Below, in pieces: positions 27,201-36,826 of a DNA stretch of 64,000 bases. The notes under the pieces were generated by a model. It saw only the letters and a list, made by a program, of their open reading frames with translations, searched no databases and was not told the origin of the DNA. Positions within the stretch are counted from its first letter, which is position 1, and the number at the start of each line of letters is the position of its first letter. Both the position numbers and the translations under genes were made by a program. Source of the DNA: Ruditapes philippinarum (lineage: Eukaryota); the NCBI RefSeq assembly GCF_026571515.1, contig NW_026853980.1, forward strand, positions 248,001 to 312,000, written 5' to 3'.

Positions 27201-29440
27201 ACATATAATATTGTTGTTGTCATTGCTTCCGAGGGATCACTCTATTCAAAGATTTTTTAAATATAATGTCTCAGTATCCACTTATTCTTTTCTTTTAAAC
27301 AGAATGAATTAAGTCGGTCCGTCTATATACTGTATTGTACATTCCCTTCATATGTCTGCATGATTTAGTGTTACATTTGTTATACATGTATAAATGTACT
27401 CGTATATACAAAATAATAATTATATAAATTTGTCTTCAAATTGATATAAATATACATATATATATATACAATTCTATTCATATAAAAATTGACTTCGGAT
27501 TAATTGCTACATTTTTTAAAGAAAAATCCATTTTTTGTAGTCGAATAAGTTCACCTTCACAGAAACATTGTATGGTTGTAGATGTTAAAGGTAAGGTTTG
27601 TCATTATTTTCATTTCTTTATTAAATTATTTTACATCAAATAAATTATGACTTTTTTTAATAATTGGATGGTTGCTAAGTTAAAGGGAGAATATCACTTG
27701 TTATGTTACAATGAGGTTAAAGAAGTTTTATTTTAAGATAAAATGCACATTTAAACTGTAGAATACAAATACATTGTAAAAGCAAAATGAGAATGGCGAT
27801 GGATAATAGACTAGTTCCTATAATGATGTATCAATCCTGATAAATTTGGATGATAGTTGAAATAATTTTGACTATAACGAAAAATCAGCAGCAATATATA
27901 TTAATAGTGTTCGTTATATTTTTTAGAAAAATGCAACACGAAGAAAGGTATGTATTACAGATATTTAAAATAAAAAATAAGCTTTATTTAATTCTAGTAT
28001 GCACACTTGTGTTTCTTATTTCAATTTTATATTTTTATAGTTTATTTTCTGTTCAATTATGTCCCCTTTTTAAATCTCTCTTAGTACATTTCTCAAAATC
28101 TTTCAAAGATATTCACTTTATTCTTAGAGCACATGTTAACTTTTTAATTTGAAACGAATTTCTAAGGGTCAGATAGTCATGGATTTAAAGTATTGAATTT
28201 AATATACTTGTTGACTATCATGGGCAGATATGTCATTTTTGTAGTCTAAGAACTGTATCCCGTTTTTTATATTCTTTTTATTTAACTATCCAGCATTAAG
28301 AAAAATGAAACGTACTGTCCGTGAAAAGGTCTTGTTTTAAGTAGATATGAGTTTTTGATGACGTCATGTCAAATGTTATTTTTTGTATCATAATTATTAT
28401 GCACATATTTATAAATCCTGTATAAACTGACAATAGCAATTATATTTTAACTAAACTATGATTATGTAGTTACTATACATATTTGCATTATCATTGATGA
28501 GTTTTGATATTTATTACAGCCAGCGAGGAAGCGGTGAGTATTTTTAATCTTGCTTTATTTGAAATAAAACAGTCAGCGATAAATGTCAGCTGTCGATATG
28601 TAATGTCTTTCATCATGAATTTGAATATCACCGAAGTTATGAAATGAGTGATGTGTTTTATAGTGTTTCGGGTGGATTGAACTGAGTTTACAATGTGTGC
28701 TCATCCCTCTGTTCTTCTTCTTTGCCTATACTTATCTATATTTCTCATGATTTACTTTAAAACATATGTATATCGAAATAACGTGCTGTAAAGTAGTTGT
28801 GTTTAGCATTTGATACGCCGAGCAATGTTGTGTGCCTTGTCGTTCGTCCGTTAGCCATTGCTTGTCCGCGTTATATCTTTTATTTCGATGATGTTTCTTA
28901 TTTCATCTAAAACGCGTCGGGATCACTACCGCATAGTTTAAAACTCCGTCTTGGGCGAGCCGTTGTGTACTTGAGCAAAAGACTTTACACTCTTTGCTCG
29001 GTACTGGTTGGTTCCAGGAACGGGTCCGAGGGTGTGTCTTCAATCTATATATATCTGTATCTATATATGTCTTCATTCACAATCGAACTAATAAACCAAC
29101 ATAACTGATACTCGCAACTTGTGTTATAAGCAATTATATCAAATTTTATGCTTATGTTTTACAGCGTGAAATGGTAACTAAGGGATACGCAAGCTGTTTC
29201 TGCATTGTCAACAACAAGAAGGTACAGGTTATTAAGAAACGACCAGTTGCACAGAAGGGTAAAATGTTTAAAGCGGCTGGGTTTGGAGCAGGTGGAGTTG
29301 CGGGTACAATGGCTGTAGGTGTAGCAGTGTATATGATTGTAAATAAAGTTCGCCAGCCAAAGAAACCTCCCACCACACGCCCACCATCGTCGTTGTCAAC
29401 AGGAAATGTACGTCAAAGAACACGCGTTCATCCTCAATGA
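170..29440 (+). CDS. Multi-exon gene (5'-partial) for a large EGF-domain single-pass membrane protein with 8 copies of a Cys-containing ~100-aa module
   Basis: Hand-spliced exons, all AG/GT-bounded and phase-compatible: 170-283, 518-546, 717-811, 1149-1310, 3191-3234, 3480-3505, 3789-3907, 4184-4351, 4608-4669, 4997-5113, 5321-5358, 5689-5786, 5999-6157, 6637-6677, 11051-11076, 11314-11441, 11575-11730, 12039-12097, 12234-12362, 12705-12867, 14263-14430, 14690-14736, 15765-15781, 16041-16150, 17285-17422, 17781-17830, 18028-18144, 18709-18822, 19447-19560, 19785-19898, 20515-20628, 20870-20980, 21629-21709, 22028-22074, 22234-22331, 22654-22842, 23444-23481, 23778-23797, 25040-25149, 25724-25864, 27541-27590, 27927-27947, 28520-28533, 29165-29440. 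Total 4232 nt with no internal stop. Contains 10 EGF-like domains and a C-terminal hydrophobic segment. Confidence 0.88.
518..4669 (+). CDS. Unit 1 module pair (A1: 717-811, 1149-1310, 3191-3234; B1: 3789-3907, 4184-4351, 4608-4669; linker micro-exons 518-546 and 3480-3505)
   Basis: [19 protein letters not shown]...[22 protein letters not shown] and [25 protein letters not shown]...[23 protein letters not shown]; intron phases 0-2-2-1 in each module. Confidence 0.85.
2994..3185. repeat. Intronic tandem repeat, 67-bp unit, about 3 copies
   Basis: Unit tacaaatgcataaatataaactgcattctattgcttataact...atcatgt starts at 2994, 3061 and 3128. Confidence 0.9.
4997..5113 (+). CDS. EGF-like domain exon, unit 2
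   Basis: [38 protein letters not shown]; phase 1-1. Confidence 0.92.
5321..12097 (+). CDS. Unit 2 module pair (A2: 5689-5786, 5999-6157, 6637-6677; B2: 11314-11441, 11575-11730, 12039-12097; micro-exons 5321-5358 and 11051-11076)
   Basis: [20 protein letters not shown]...[21 protein letters not shown] and [25 protein letters not shown]...[34 protein letters not shown]. Confidence 0.85.
8850..10018. mobile_element. Non-autonomous element with a long terminal palindrome (Crypton-like, tentative)
   Basis: ~85-bp imperfect inverted arms around gtggc-gaa-gccac (loop 8936-8938); ttttattttatgc near 9020 is mirrored by gcataaaataaaa at 10006-10018; no ORF. Family assignment is by recalled resemblance only. 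Confidence 0.5.
12234..12362 (+). CDS. EGF-like domain exon, unit 3
   Basis: [42 protein letters not shown]; phase 1-1. Confidence 0.92.
12705..17830 (+). CDS. Unit 3 module pair (A3: 12705-12867, 14263-14430, 14690-14736; B3: 16041-16150, 17285-17422, 17781-17830; micro-exon 15765-15781)
   Basis: [21 protein letters not shown]...[25 protein letters not shown] and [24 protein letters not shown]...[18 protein letters not shown]. Confidence 0.83.
13432..13708 (+). mobile_element. Full-length tRNA-derived SINE (Meta-SINE-like)
   Basis: A box tggccgagtggttaagg, B box ggttcgaatccc, core ggttctactcaggttcccg...aaataatgcacgg, A-rich tail; 11-bp target-site duplication acaacggataa at 13421-13431 and 13709-13719. 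Confidence 0.9.
15088..15430 (+). mobile_element. Degenerate Helentron/HINE-like element
   Basis: T-run then atgccccc...ggca stem, gtccgt remnant, and two related units (gaaacttcacagg...gatcagtacc...tgcatatcgcc...ccagagctata). Confidence 0.55.
18028..18144 (+). CDS. EGF-like domain exon, unit 4
   Basis: [38 protein letters not shown]; phase 1-1. Confidence 0.93.
18670..20810 (+). repeat. Tandem duplication of a ~1.07-kb block holding two cbEGF exons and their introns
   Basis: 18670-19745 aligns colinearly with 19745-20810 through both introns; the exon pairs are offset by 1076 and 1068 bp. Confidence 0.93.
18709..20980 (+). CDS. Five calcium-binding EGF exons (18709-18822, 19447-19560, 19785-19898, 20515-20628, 20870-20980)
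   Basis: Each reads D-I/V-D/N-E-C-x-S-x-P-C-x-NG-x-TC...Y-x-C-x-C-x-PG-Y/F-x-G-x-x-C, the Notch/fibropellin-type cbEGF consensus; exons are 114 or 111 nt, phase 1-1. Confidence 0.95.
21083..21365 (+). repeat. Degenerate ~39-bp tandem repeat reading as a Thr-rich peptide in one frame
   Basis: acgacattgacctcaacaacaaaaccaaccacacaaaag-like units; [14 protein letters not shown] / [14 protein letters not shown]. Confidence 0.75.
21629..21709 (+). CDS. Short (tenascin-type) EGF-like exon
   Basis: [26 protein letters not shown]; phase 1-1. Confidence 0.88.
22028..28533 (+). CDS. Unit 4 module pair (A4: 22234-22331, 22654-22842, 23444-23481; B4: 25040-25149, 25724-25864, 27541-27590) plus linker micro-exons
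   Basis: [22 protein letters not shown]...[20 protein letters not shown] and [25 protein letters not shown]...[19 protein letters not shown]; micro-exons 22028-22074, 23778-23797, 27927-27947, 28520-28533. Confidence 0.82.
23391..23440 (+). repeat. (TTTA)n microsatellite forming the pyrimidine tract of exon 23444
   Basis: Direct reading of the sequence. Confidence 0.9.
24262..24990 (+). mobile_element. Helentron/HINE-like element
   Basis: Subterminal inverted repeat tgtgtcgccttg (~24271) and caaggcgacaca (~24956), gtcgtc/gtcggc microsatellite, diverged internal units, 3' hairpin gactcgcagagttc then ctagtttt. Confidence 0.7.
25203..25400. mobile_element. Possible mariner-like MITE end
   Basis: TA followed by cgaggtgtgttcaaaaagt resembles a Tc1/mariner TIR; no partner TIR located. 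Confidence 0.3.
28940..29100 (+). mobile_element. 5'-degraded CORE-type SINE
   Basis: ttgagcaaaagactttacactctttgctcggtactggttggttccaggaacgg...ttcacaatcgaactaa; matches the copy at 57401-57610. Confidence 0.65.
29165..29440 (+). CDS. Terminal exon: Gly-rich transmembrane helix and short basic cytoplasmic tail
   Basis: Acceptor ttttacag; [23 protein letters not shown] followed by NKVRQPKK...RTRVHPQ and TGA. Confidence 0.85.
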   Translation, partial: REMVTKGYASCFCIVNNKKVQVIKKRPVAQKGKMFKAAGFGAGGVAGTMAVGVAVYMIVNKVRQPKKPPTTRPPSSLSTGNVRQRTRVHPQ

Positions 29441-30949
29441 CGGACACGCGCAATCAGTTAAATTCGAAGAACAACACCCTAATGACAACTGATAGTTCAG
29501 ACATTTTTGATTTTGTATGCCATTTAAAATAGATAATGTTCTGTAAGGACATTTTTTCTACGGTATATTATACTAAATTACAGACTTTCAGGCACTTTCA
29601 AAAATATGTGTTATCTTTTTTTATAAAAAAATATATACGATTTATTGATAAATAATGATATTAAAATACTTTAAGTGAAGAATGTATGTAAAACTCCAAA
29701 TCTCGATATTTTTATATTTGTGTTATAAAGCTTTTGGCAGGTTTCGATTTCATGATATCTATTGTCATATTAAGTAATAATGTCTTCACAGCTCTGTAAC
29801 AATTTGTATGTTATATATTAGTAAAATGTAGTAAGCATTCAATGTCTGTAATCTTTGTCTCCTTCTTCTAAATCTTCAAAAGGGTTTCAACTTCTAAAAC
29901 CATACAAGGAGATAAAATGACGTCAACGAACGTTTTGTTCTTCGTTGTTTGACGTTTTGGTGTCCTTAATTAAAATAGAGACCTTTGTGTGTATTATCAA
30001 CAAAACATTATCGTTGATATTGGGCAAGGAGACGTTTTATGTTCACCCTTCTCCGTTTAAACCTTATCTGTATATTAAATGTAACAAACATGCTTTTAGG
30101 AGGTTACGTTCAGCAATTTTCGCAACATTACATAATTTCTTGATCAATCTCATGTGATAGTAAGATGCATGAAAAACATTATGCATTTAAACAAAATGTA
30201 TCATTTAATAATGATACTCTTGAAGAAAATGTTCTTTATTCTTTACTTTTATTTCTAAAGAGTTCATAGCTCATATATTTTTATGCTTGTAATAAAGGAG
30301 TAATATAAATATATGAATTTATATAACTGATAACCATGAAATTATCTTTTAAAGCAGACATGTACTTTTAAAAAGGATTTGCTTTCAAACGAGAAGTAAG
30401 AAAACTTTTGAAGTTTTATATGCTTTGCTGATTATTCTAGTATGTCAATGATAATGGTCACTCCGTTGGGTTGCCGAATATGAAGTCGTCTGGCTTAGTA
30501 GTGTTTTTACACTTGGGTCCAAGCTTTAAGAAATCAAGCAGGGCTTTAAGCAGGGCACACATTTTTTTGCGCAGTCAATCATTTCTGGTTCCTTAACATA
30601 ATTATAATGTATATCATTCGCCTCCAATCTGAATTTAGTTTAGATCTACTTATATCTTTCTTGTAGATCTGATATCCTTCACCTTCAATCAAATTTGGAT
30701 TTCCGGAGTTTGCTAATTTTAGCCATTAAATTAAATCGTCCGTTACAAATAGGCATTAAAAAGTCAATTCTGTTGATGAAAATATCATAGCACACTTTGC
30801 ATGAACTTTCACAAGGTTTCAGTTACTTTATATTTACTTGTTACAATGGCAAATTATTAAAAGATCCTATTACACAAATTCTTTAGGGTTTATATCACAT
30901 ATATGATGTTCAAATGAAGATTTATCAATATTGTATGGTTCAAAAAGCA

Positions 30950-32370
30950 TTATTTGTTTTAAACAAACATATGTATTTTTATACACAGTGCGCTTATGTG
31001 TACGCAAAGTGTTCAAATTATATTCCACACAGATCTACTTCCCTGTTTAACTGTTTTATAATTTGTATTCTACAGTCACAGCTTTCGTTTGCAGATATTC
31101 GTTCAATGCTTCTTCCCCTGCAATAAAAGAAAACATTGTGTTGTTTCTTCTCTCATAGGAACATGTATCCATGGAAACTGTCAGTGAAATTGAAGACAAT
31201 TAAACTGAAATGAGATTGTTACATTACAAAATTACCAAAAAGTGGTCTCAAATCTCATTAATATCTTGAATTCAACATAAACAATATTATTATTTCCCTT
31301 CAGGATTATTTTTTTGAATCCAGAAAATTAATTTTTTCTCCTTAACGAAACCATTATATATTAGATTCCACTTTTTTCCAACACTGAAGGCAAATTGTGT
31401 GTAACATGATTTTATTCCTAGAAGAAATTTTAATTTAAAAGCATAATATTGTTAAATGTTAAAGTCATAAAAATAATGTTATATGGTTTATTCAAATGCA
31501 TACAAATGTGGTAAATAAAAAGACATGGAAGTGTGGAAAATACAAAATGTATTAAATGTGGTTCATTTTTAGAGCATGAAATAGTGAAAAATGTAAAGGG
31601 CATAAATAAAGGTTAAATAAAAAACAATTCAAAAGGCAATTATTGTTAAATTGAGTATTGGAAAGGCATAAACACATGGTAAAATTAAGGCATGAATATG
31701 CGGTAAAATTAATGCATGATCATGTGGTATAATAAAATAGGATAAAATTGTGGTAAAATTGAATTCACTAGTGCATTAAATTCATTTTCAAATTTACCAT
31801 TGTTTGAAAGATTTGATACAAATTGATATTCTACTTCAGCAACAATTGTTTCACAGAACACACATTTTGCGCAAAATTATTTCAATTAATTTGTTCTAAA
31901 TTTTAACATTTCAAGACGTTTATCACCACCCACTTTATTTTAGATTAAAATAGCAAAAATGATTTTTTTCTACGTGAATGAACTGAACAAGGTCCGAGAA
32001 GGTTACTCAAAATATGAACAATGTGCTTGCTAAATATGCAAATGGATGCTGTACCAAGAACTTGAACACATCTTCTTCACATCCGTTGATAAAAATACTT
32101 GGATGCTCAGTATGTACTTTCACATGATCAGTATGTACTTTCACATGGTGTAAAATGACTATTATTTGACTTAAACAGATATAGAATACAAAATTGTCAG
32201 GGAATTGTCATAATACCAAGTTTAAAAATACAAAGGGTCATAATTCTGCCAAAAGCATCACAGAATCATTCAGGGCACTTCAATGACAATCACGGTGAAA
32301 ATCCTTTAGAAAAATGTAGGAGTTGCACATTGAACGAATATGTTTCATCCAGATACTGACATGGCCTTAT
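30950..32370 (-). repeat. Diverged duplicate of the ALDH1L proximal 3'UTR, last exon and most of the last intron
   Basis: Colinear blocks: 30950-31670 with 42540-43285; 31755-31965 with 44625-44850; 32205-32365 with 46845-47035. Confidence 0.9.
31056..31117 (-). CDS. ALDH1L1: Second copy of the ALDH1L terminal coding exon (alternative last exon or pseudo-exon)
   Basis: Intact acceptor tttcttttattgcag; encodes [20 protein letters not shown]; same 62-nt length and phase as 42660-42721. Confidence 0.55.
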
Positions 32371-33960
32371 TCCAGCTTTCATGGTACCTAGGCTCAGACT
32401 ATATGAGTTCGTTATAGACCAAAAGAACACATCGTCATTAAGGTAAACGTTTTTTACATTTCTATATTAAAAGTAGGTTATTAGTACCAACCACGTTCAG
32501 ATAAGTAAATTTGCAGACCTTTTTTGAAAGATTGAGGGCTTAAAAATATACATTGCCTTATTCAAATTGTTTGCTCAGAGTTTTAAGTAACTAAGTATTA
32601 GAGGTAAAGCTAAAGAAACAGTATGCAGACTTGGTGTTTATCAAGTTTATTCTTACTTCAGAAATTTTCTATCTTATGTGACACTGTTTGAAGCAGTATT
32701 ATTTCTTAAATATAAAACCTTCGTGCTGCAAATAAGATTCGTTCAATATAATTTTACGCAAAAACTTATAATGCTCGTACAAAGTTACTTACATTATATA
32801 TTTTGTTACTGCCTATGGATTTCTTCCAATTAAAGTTTTATGAAAGAAATGTTTTGTTATGTAAATCGATATATAAAATAGCAATATGATAATGTTTTAT
32901 GCGATACAAAGTCTGATATAGTTGGAATGTACTGTTTATCTTTATATACAAGAATTAGATTGTAGTTTGTGACAAAGTTTTTCACTGATTGTCACTGACA
33001 CATTCTGATCGGCTTTATACAAAACCTTAACACTTTGAAATTTAGTTGAGCTGGTTTTGAAAAGAAATCATAGGTCTATTTCATAAAAGCTTGTGAAGAT
33101 TGGTATAAGTTCTGAAATACAAGGCTTACTAGGTTGAAACTCTTTAAAAGTGAAGTGTGTTTTATAGGATTGTAGAAATTTCACAGAGTTACAAAGACTT
33201 GGAAAAATTTCAAGATTCATATAGATATAAGCAATTCTATATTTGTGAATAATTTATAAGGGTCTTTTTTAGTTTTAATTTTGAAGATATTTTTTTCTTA
33301 GTTCTTTGTCATCTGATCAAAACTATTGCATTTTATTCTTCCCTTCAACCATGCAATTATTATCAATAAAACTCTATATGAAAGATCTTGGGGTTGTCCT
33401 TTTAAACATTGTTAAAACTTTAAATTTCAGTATATTGACAGTAATGAAATGCTGAGTGGAGTTTCCAAGAGAATTAACAAGAAATATCTTTTAATTGTCT
33501 TCAATGAATATTACAAATTTCAAAAACATGAACATTCAATTGTGTCAATCCTTTTAAGGTTTAACTTTAAACTGTGCAAAAAAATAAGATTGAATATAAA
33601 GTTATCCTCAAACCATATATTAGTTAAAATCAAACAATGTTATGAAAACAAATAGGTTCATAACAGAGAAAAATAAAATTATATAAAACATTCGTAAAAT
33701 AAAAATTATACTAAAAATACTTGTGCAATTGCAGATCGAACTAAAAATATTAGTCTAAATGTGAACGGTTTACTGCGCTACTAGGGTTTACGTGTAAACG
33801 TTCAATTTGTTTTCTTAATCAAAAAAATGTAACAGTCGATAATAAGATTACTTGCACAACCCATTATACCGAAATAGTATAACCGAAGAATGTAAACGTT
33901 AACGTGTTCTACCTCTACATACCTGCACACCTTAAACTACATTTTCATTTAGGTCATATA

Positions 33961-34035
33961 TATCGTTTTCACTCTCGAGTACCGTTGGGGTAAAATAATA
34001 TGCAAATCAATACAGCACATGACACGAAACCAGAT
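33961..34035 (+). promoter_or_regulatory. Candidate promoter motifs of the B-box gene (IRF-like gttttcactctc, octamer ATGCAAAT at 34000-34007)
   Basis: Motif matches ~280-320 bp upstream of the ATG; short motifs can occur by chance in AT-rich DNA. Confidence 0.25.
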
Positions 34036-34283
34036 ATTTATCCGACAAAGTTTGAAGAATGAAGTAAAGGCTGTTTTAAAACTGGCGTGATTCGAATGTA
34101 TACCAATAATTTGTGTTATTACAACTGTTTATTATACTTATAGTTGATTCAAGTAATTAATTGGGGAACAATGTAACTTTGCTAACTGAAAAGAGAATAC
34201 TATCTTCAGTGAATGTAAACTGTGATTATGTTACAGTAGAAAATGAACTAACAATAAAAGTTTAATATTTAAAAAAAACAAAG

Positions 34284-35657
34284 ATGGCCGAACAAGAAAG
34301 AGGAAGTAAACTATCAAAAGACAACTTTGGAGAATATTTACCGTCTGAGAAAGGAATAAATATCGCAGATGCATCGGTATGTGTAAGCTCTGGAATCAAG
34401 AGCTCAGGAGTTGCTTCAGTTTACAAGAGTTCAGAGGAATTCTATGAATATACCTGCGATCCTTGTAAACATTTTGGAGATTGTTTTGAGGCTGAAGGAT
34501 TTTGTACACATTGCAAGGAATATCTTTGTATCACATGCTTTCGGAGTCATTCCAGGAACAAGGCATCGAAGCACCACACGTTACTTGAGAAAGATAACAT
34601 GCCGAGAAAAAAACCAAAACTCTGCAATCCGTGTAAATTAGCTGGAGACGAAAAAATAGCAGTTGGATATTGTGAAAACTGTTGTGATTTCCTGTGCAAC
34701 GATTGTTACAAGAGCCATCCTAGAAATAAAATGTCAAGGGATCACGTGCTAGTAAAGGATGAGGGACTTGAGGAAACCGAACAAGTTGTTACTTCTTCCT
34801 TTGCTCAAATGAATATCACTAAAGGAAAGACCAGTGGCGGAAATATAGGTGCGAAATTTTCTTACGTTCGAGATATCAATGTTAAGTCAGATACTGACAA
34901 AAAGGACTGTTTAATTGCGAGAATAACGTTAGTTTCTGAAAATGACATTGTCCTTTGTGATGAAGACAATGTATGCTTAAAACTGTTTGATATCAATAGG
35001 AACATAATCAAAGCTGTTCTAGCATTACCATCTAGTTTCTATGGTGTAACAGCGATATCTAATGATGAGATTGCTGTTGTTGGAGAAATTGAAAATGAGA
35101 TACACATTATTTCAATACATGACAGTATGACAATAGACCGTACAATCAAAACAACTGGTACATGTCTAGATTTGAAGATGTTGAACAATCTTTTATATGT
35201 GTCATTGTGGAAACCTACAAAGTTTCAGATACTCCGACCAACTGGGGAAATAACCAAAACGATCAAGCTTGATGATGATGTATTCAAAGATGTTACTCCT
35301 CATTATATAGCTGTGAGTCCTGATGAGACTGTGATCTACATTTCTGACTGGGAAACTAACAAAGTAATATCCCTTGATATGAATGGTAGAATGTTAGCAT
35401 TGTATAATGGTGAGTTAGATTATCCACTCGATATGTTCGTTTCTCCATCTGGATCAGTCTACGTTTGTAGCCAGAGCCAGCACATCGTATACAAGATGAA
35501 TTCAGATCTGAGTGAAGCTTTGGTAATACTAGGACCAGGAGATGGATTAAGGTACCCAACAGCCATGTGTTTGAATGCTAATAATCAGTATATTTACATC
35601 AGCAGTGGAAGAGATGAGGCTGCATATTGTAATAACATAAAAGTCTTTAAGTGTTGA
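34284..35657 (+). CDS. B-box zinc-finger plus NHL-like beta-propeller protein (RING-less TRIM-like), 457 aa
   Basis: Uninterrupted ORF with good start context aagATGG; two CxxC...CxxCx4CxxCx3Hx8H motifs; propeller-like repeats (PHYIAVSPDETVIYISDWETNKVISLD, YPLDMFVSPSGSVYVCS, YPTAMCLN); AATAAA at 35708 and 35932. Confidence 0.93.
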   Translation: MAEQERGSKLSKDNFGEYLPSEKGINIADASVCVSSGIKSSGVASVYKSSEEFYEYTCDPCKHFGDCFEAEGFCTHCKEYLCITCFRSHSRNKASKHHTLLEKDNMPRKKPKLCNPCKLAGDEKIAVGYCENCCDFLCNDCYKSHPRNKMSRDHVLVKDEGLEETEQVVTSSFAQMNITKGKTSGGNIGAKFSYVRDINVKSDTDKKDCLIARITLVSENDIVLCDEDNVCLKLFDINRNIIKAVLALPSSFYGVTAISNDEIAVVGEIENEIHIISIHDSMTIDRTIKTTGTCLDLKMLNNLLYVSLWKPTKFQILRPTGEITKTIKLDDDVFKDVTPHYIAVSPDETVIYISDWETNKVISLDMNGRMLALYNGELDYPLDMFVSPSGSVYVCSQSQHIVYKMNSDLSEALVILGPGDGLRYPTAMCLNANNQYIYISSGRDEAAYCNNIKVFKC

Positions 35658-36516
35658 AGAATATTCATTCTCGAACATTTGCAGATTTACTTTTTATCTC
35701 ATATGTAAATAAACAGATGACTATTGACACTTGGTCAAAAGAGAAACAATTACAATTTAGGGATCAAGTATTTAGTGTTATGAAAGAATTAAGGGATTGC
35801 AAATGATTTTGGAGGTCAATTTTCATGCAGTGTTGCAGTATAAACATAGATAATACAAAACATTAAAAGCTTAGAGAGTTAATTATTTTATACCTTATCC
35901 TTTTAAAAGATCAAAAAATGTAAAAATTAATAATAAAGCTTGGATGTTTGTTTAAAATGTGTCAGACCGAGTGGTATGAAATTCCGTATCAATTTAACTG
36001 AATAACATTTTAATTTTTCATTTCAAATACAAAATTTACGTTAACAACTTCATGAGCACATGATTCCATCTTCATGAATTCACAATCAGGAATCTCGTGA
36101 TAACATGAATTTTATGAATACTCTCCCTGGACATGGCAAAAACAAACAAACAAAACGACAGTTATTTGTTTGTATTTTATTATTATCAACCAAATCTCAA
36201 ATTCACTGATAAGGTAATAAAACTTTTCATCTCCTGAATACCTTAGCAATAATATACTTCAATTTAATGCTGTTTGTTTCTGCTGTAAATTATTACTAGT
36301 TATAAATTCATTAAACATATTATAGCGACATTTCAAATCATGTAAACTAATAAAAAGTCATGTTACATTTCAAATGTTTCTATTTTCTGATATTGGAAAA
36401 AAGTTACCAAATTGTTCTTATGTAATGTTATAGCATTTTTCTGTTACATTATTATCATCAATCACATTACAAACGGTTCATTTTCAACTGTTCTAAAGGG
36501 ATACCAGCTTCGTTAA

Positions 36517-36826
36517 AGGAATTCCACTGAGGTCCAAAAGCCTAAAAACATGAAATTTGAATTCCTTACATAGATCAGCTGGGGCACTTAAAACAATAAG
36601 AAACGCAAAAGATAATTAAGAAATATACTTAGAAATAAATTTAAATTCGTATATTCGTACTATTTTTTCTGTCAAATCTGAATGTAAAGCGTTGGAGATT
36701 TTTATTCTGGAAAACGGAGCGAGCCAACGATCTGAAATTTTGCACACAAGTTATCGGTCTAGAGCTACAGAAATTAGAACATCCATCTTTAGTCAACTTA
36801 AACAAAAACCTCAGTGGAGTCCCACT
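36517..36826. mobile_element. TTAA-flanked MITE (Kolobok-like ends)
   Basis: ttaa|aggaattccactgagg at the left end and cctcagtggagtccc at the right end; a same-family end cttttggacctcagtggagttcct|ttaa occurs at ~58014-58058. Confidence 0.5.

Noticed and set aside
30950-32370. A complete second ALDH1L paralogue
   Set aside because: No counterpart of the penultimate or earlier exons is visible between 32370 and 34284.
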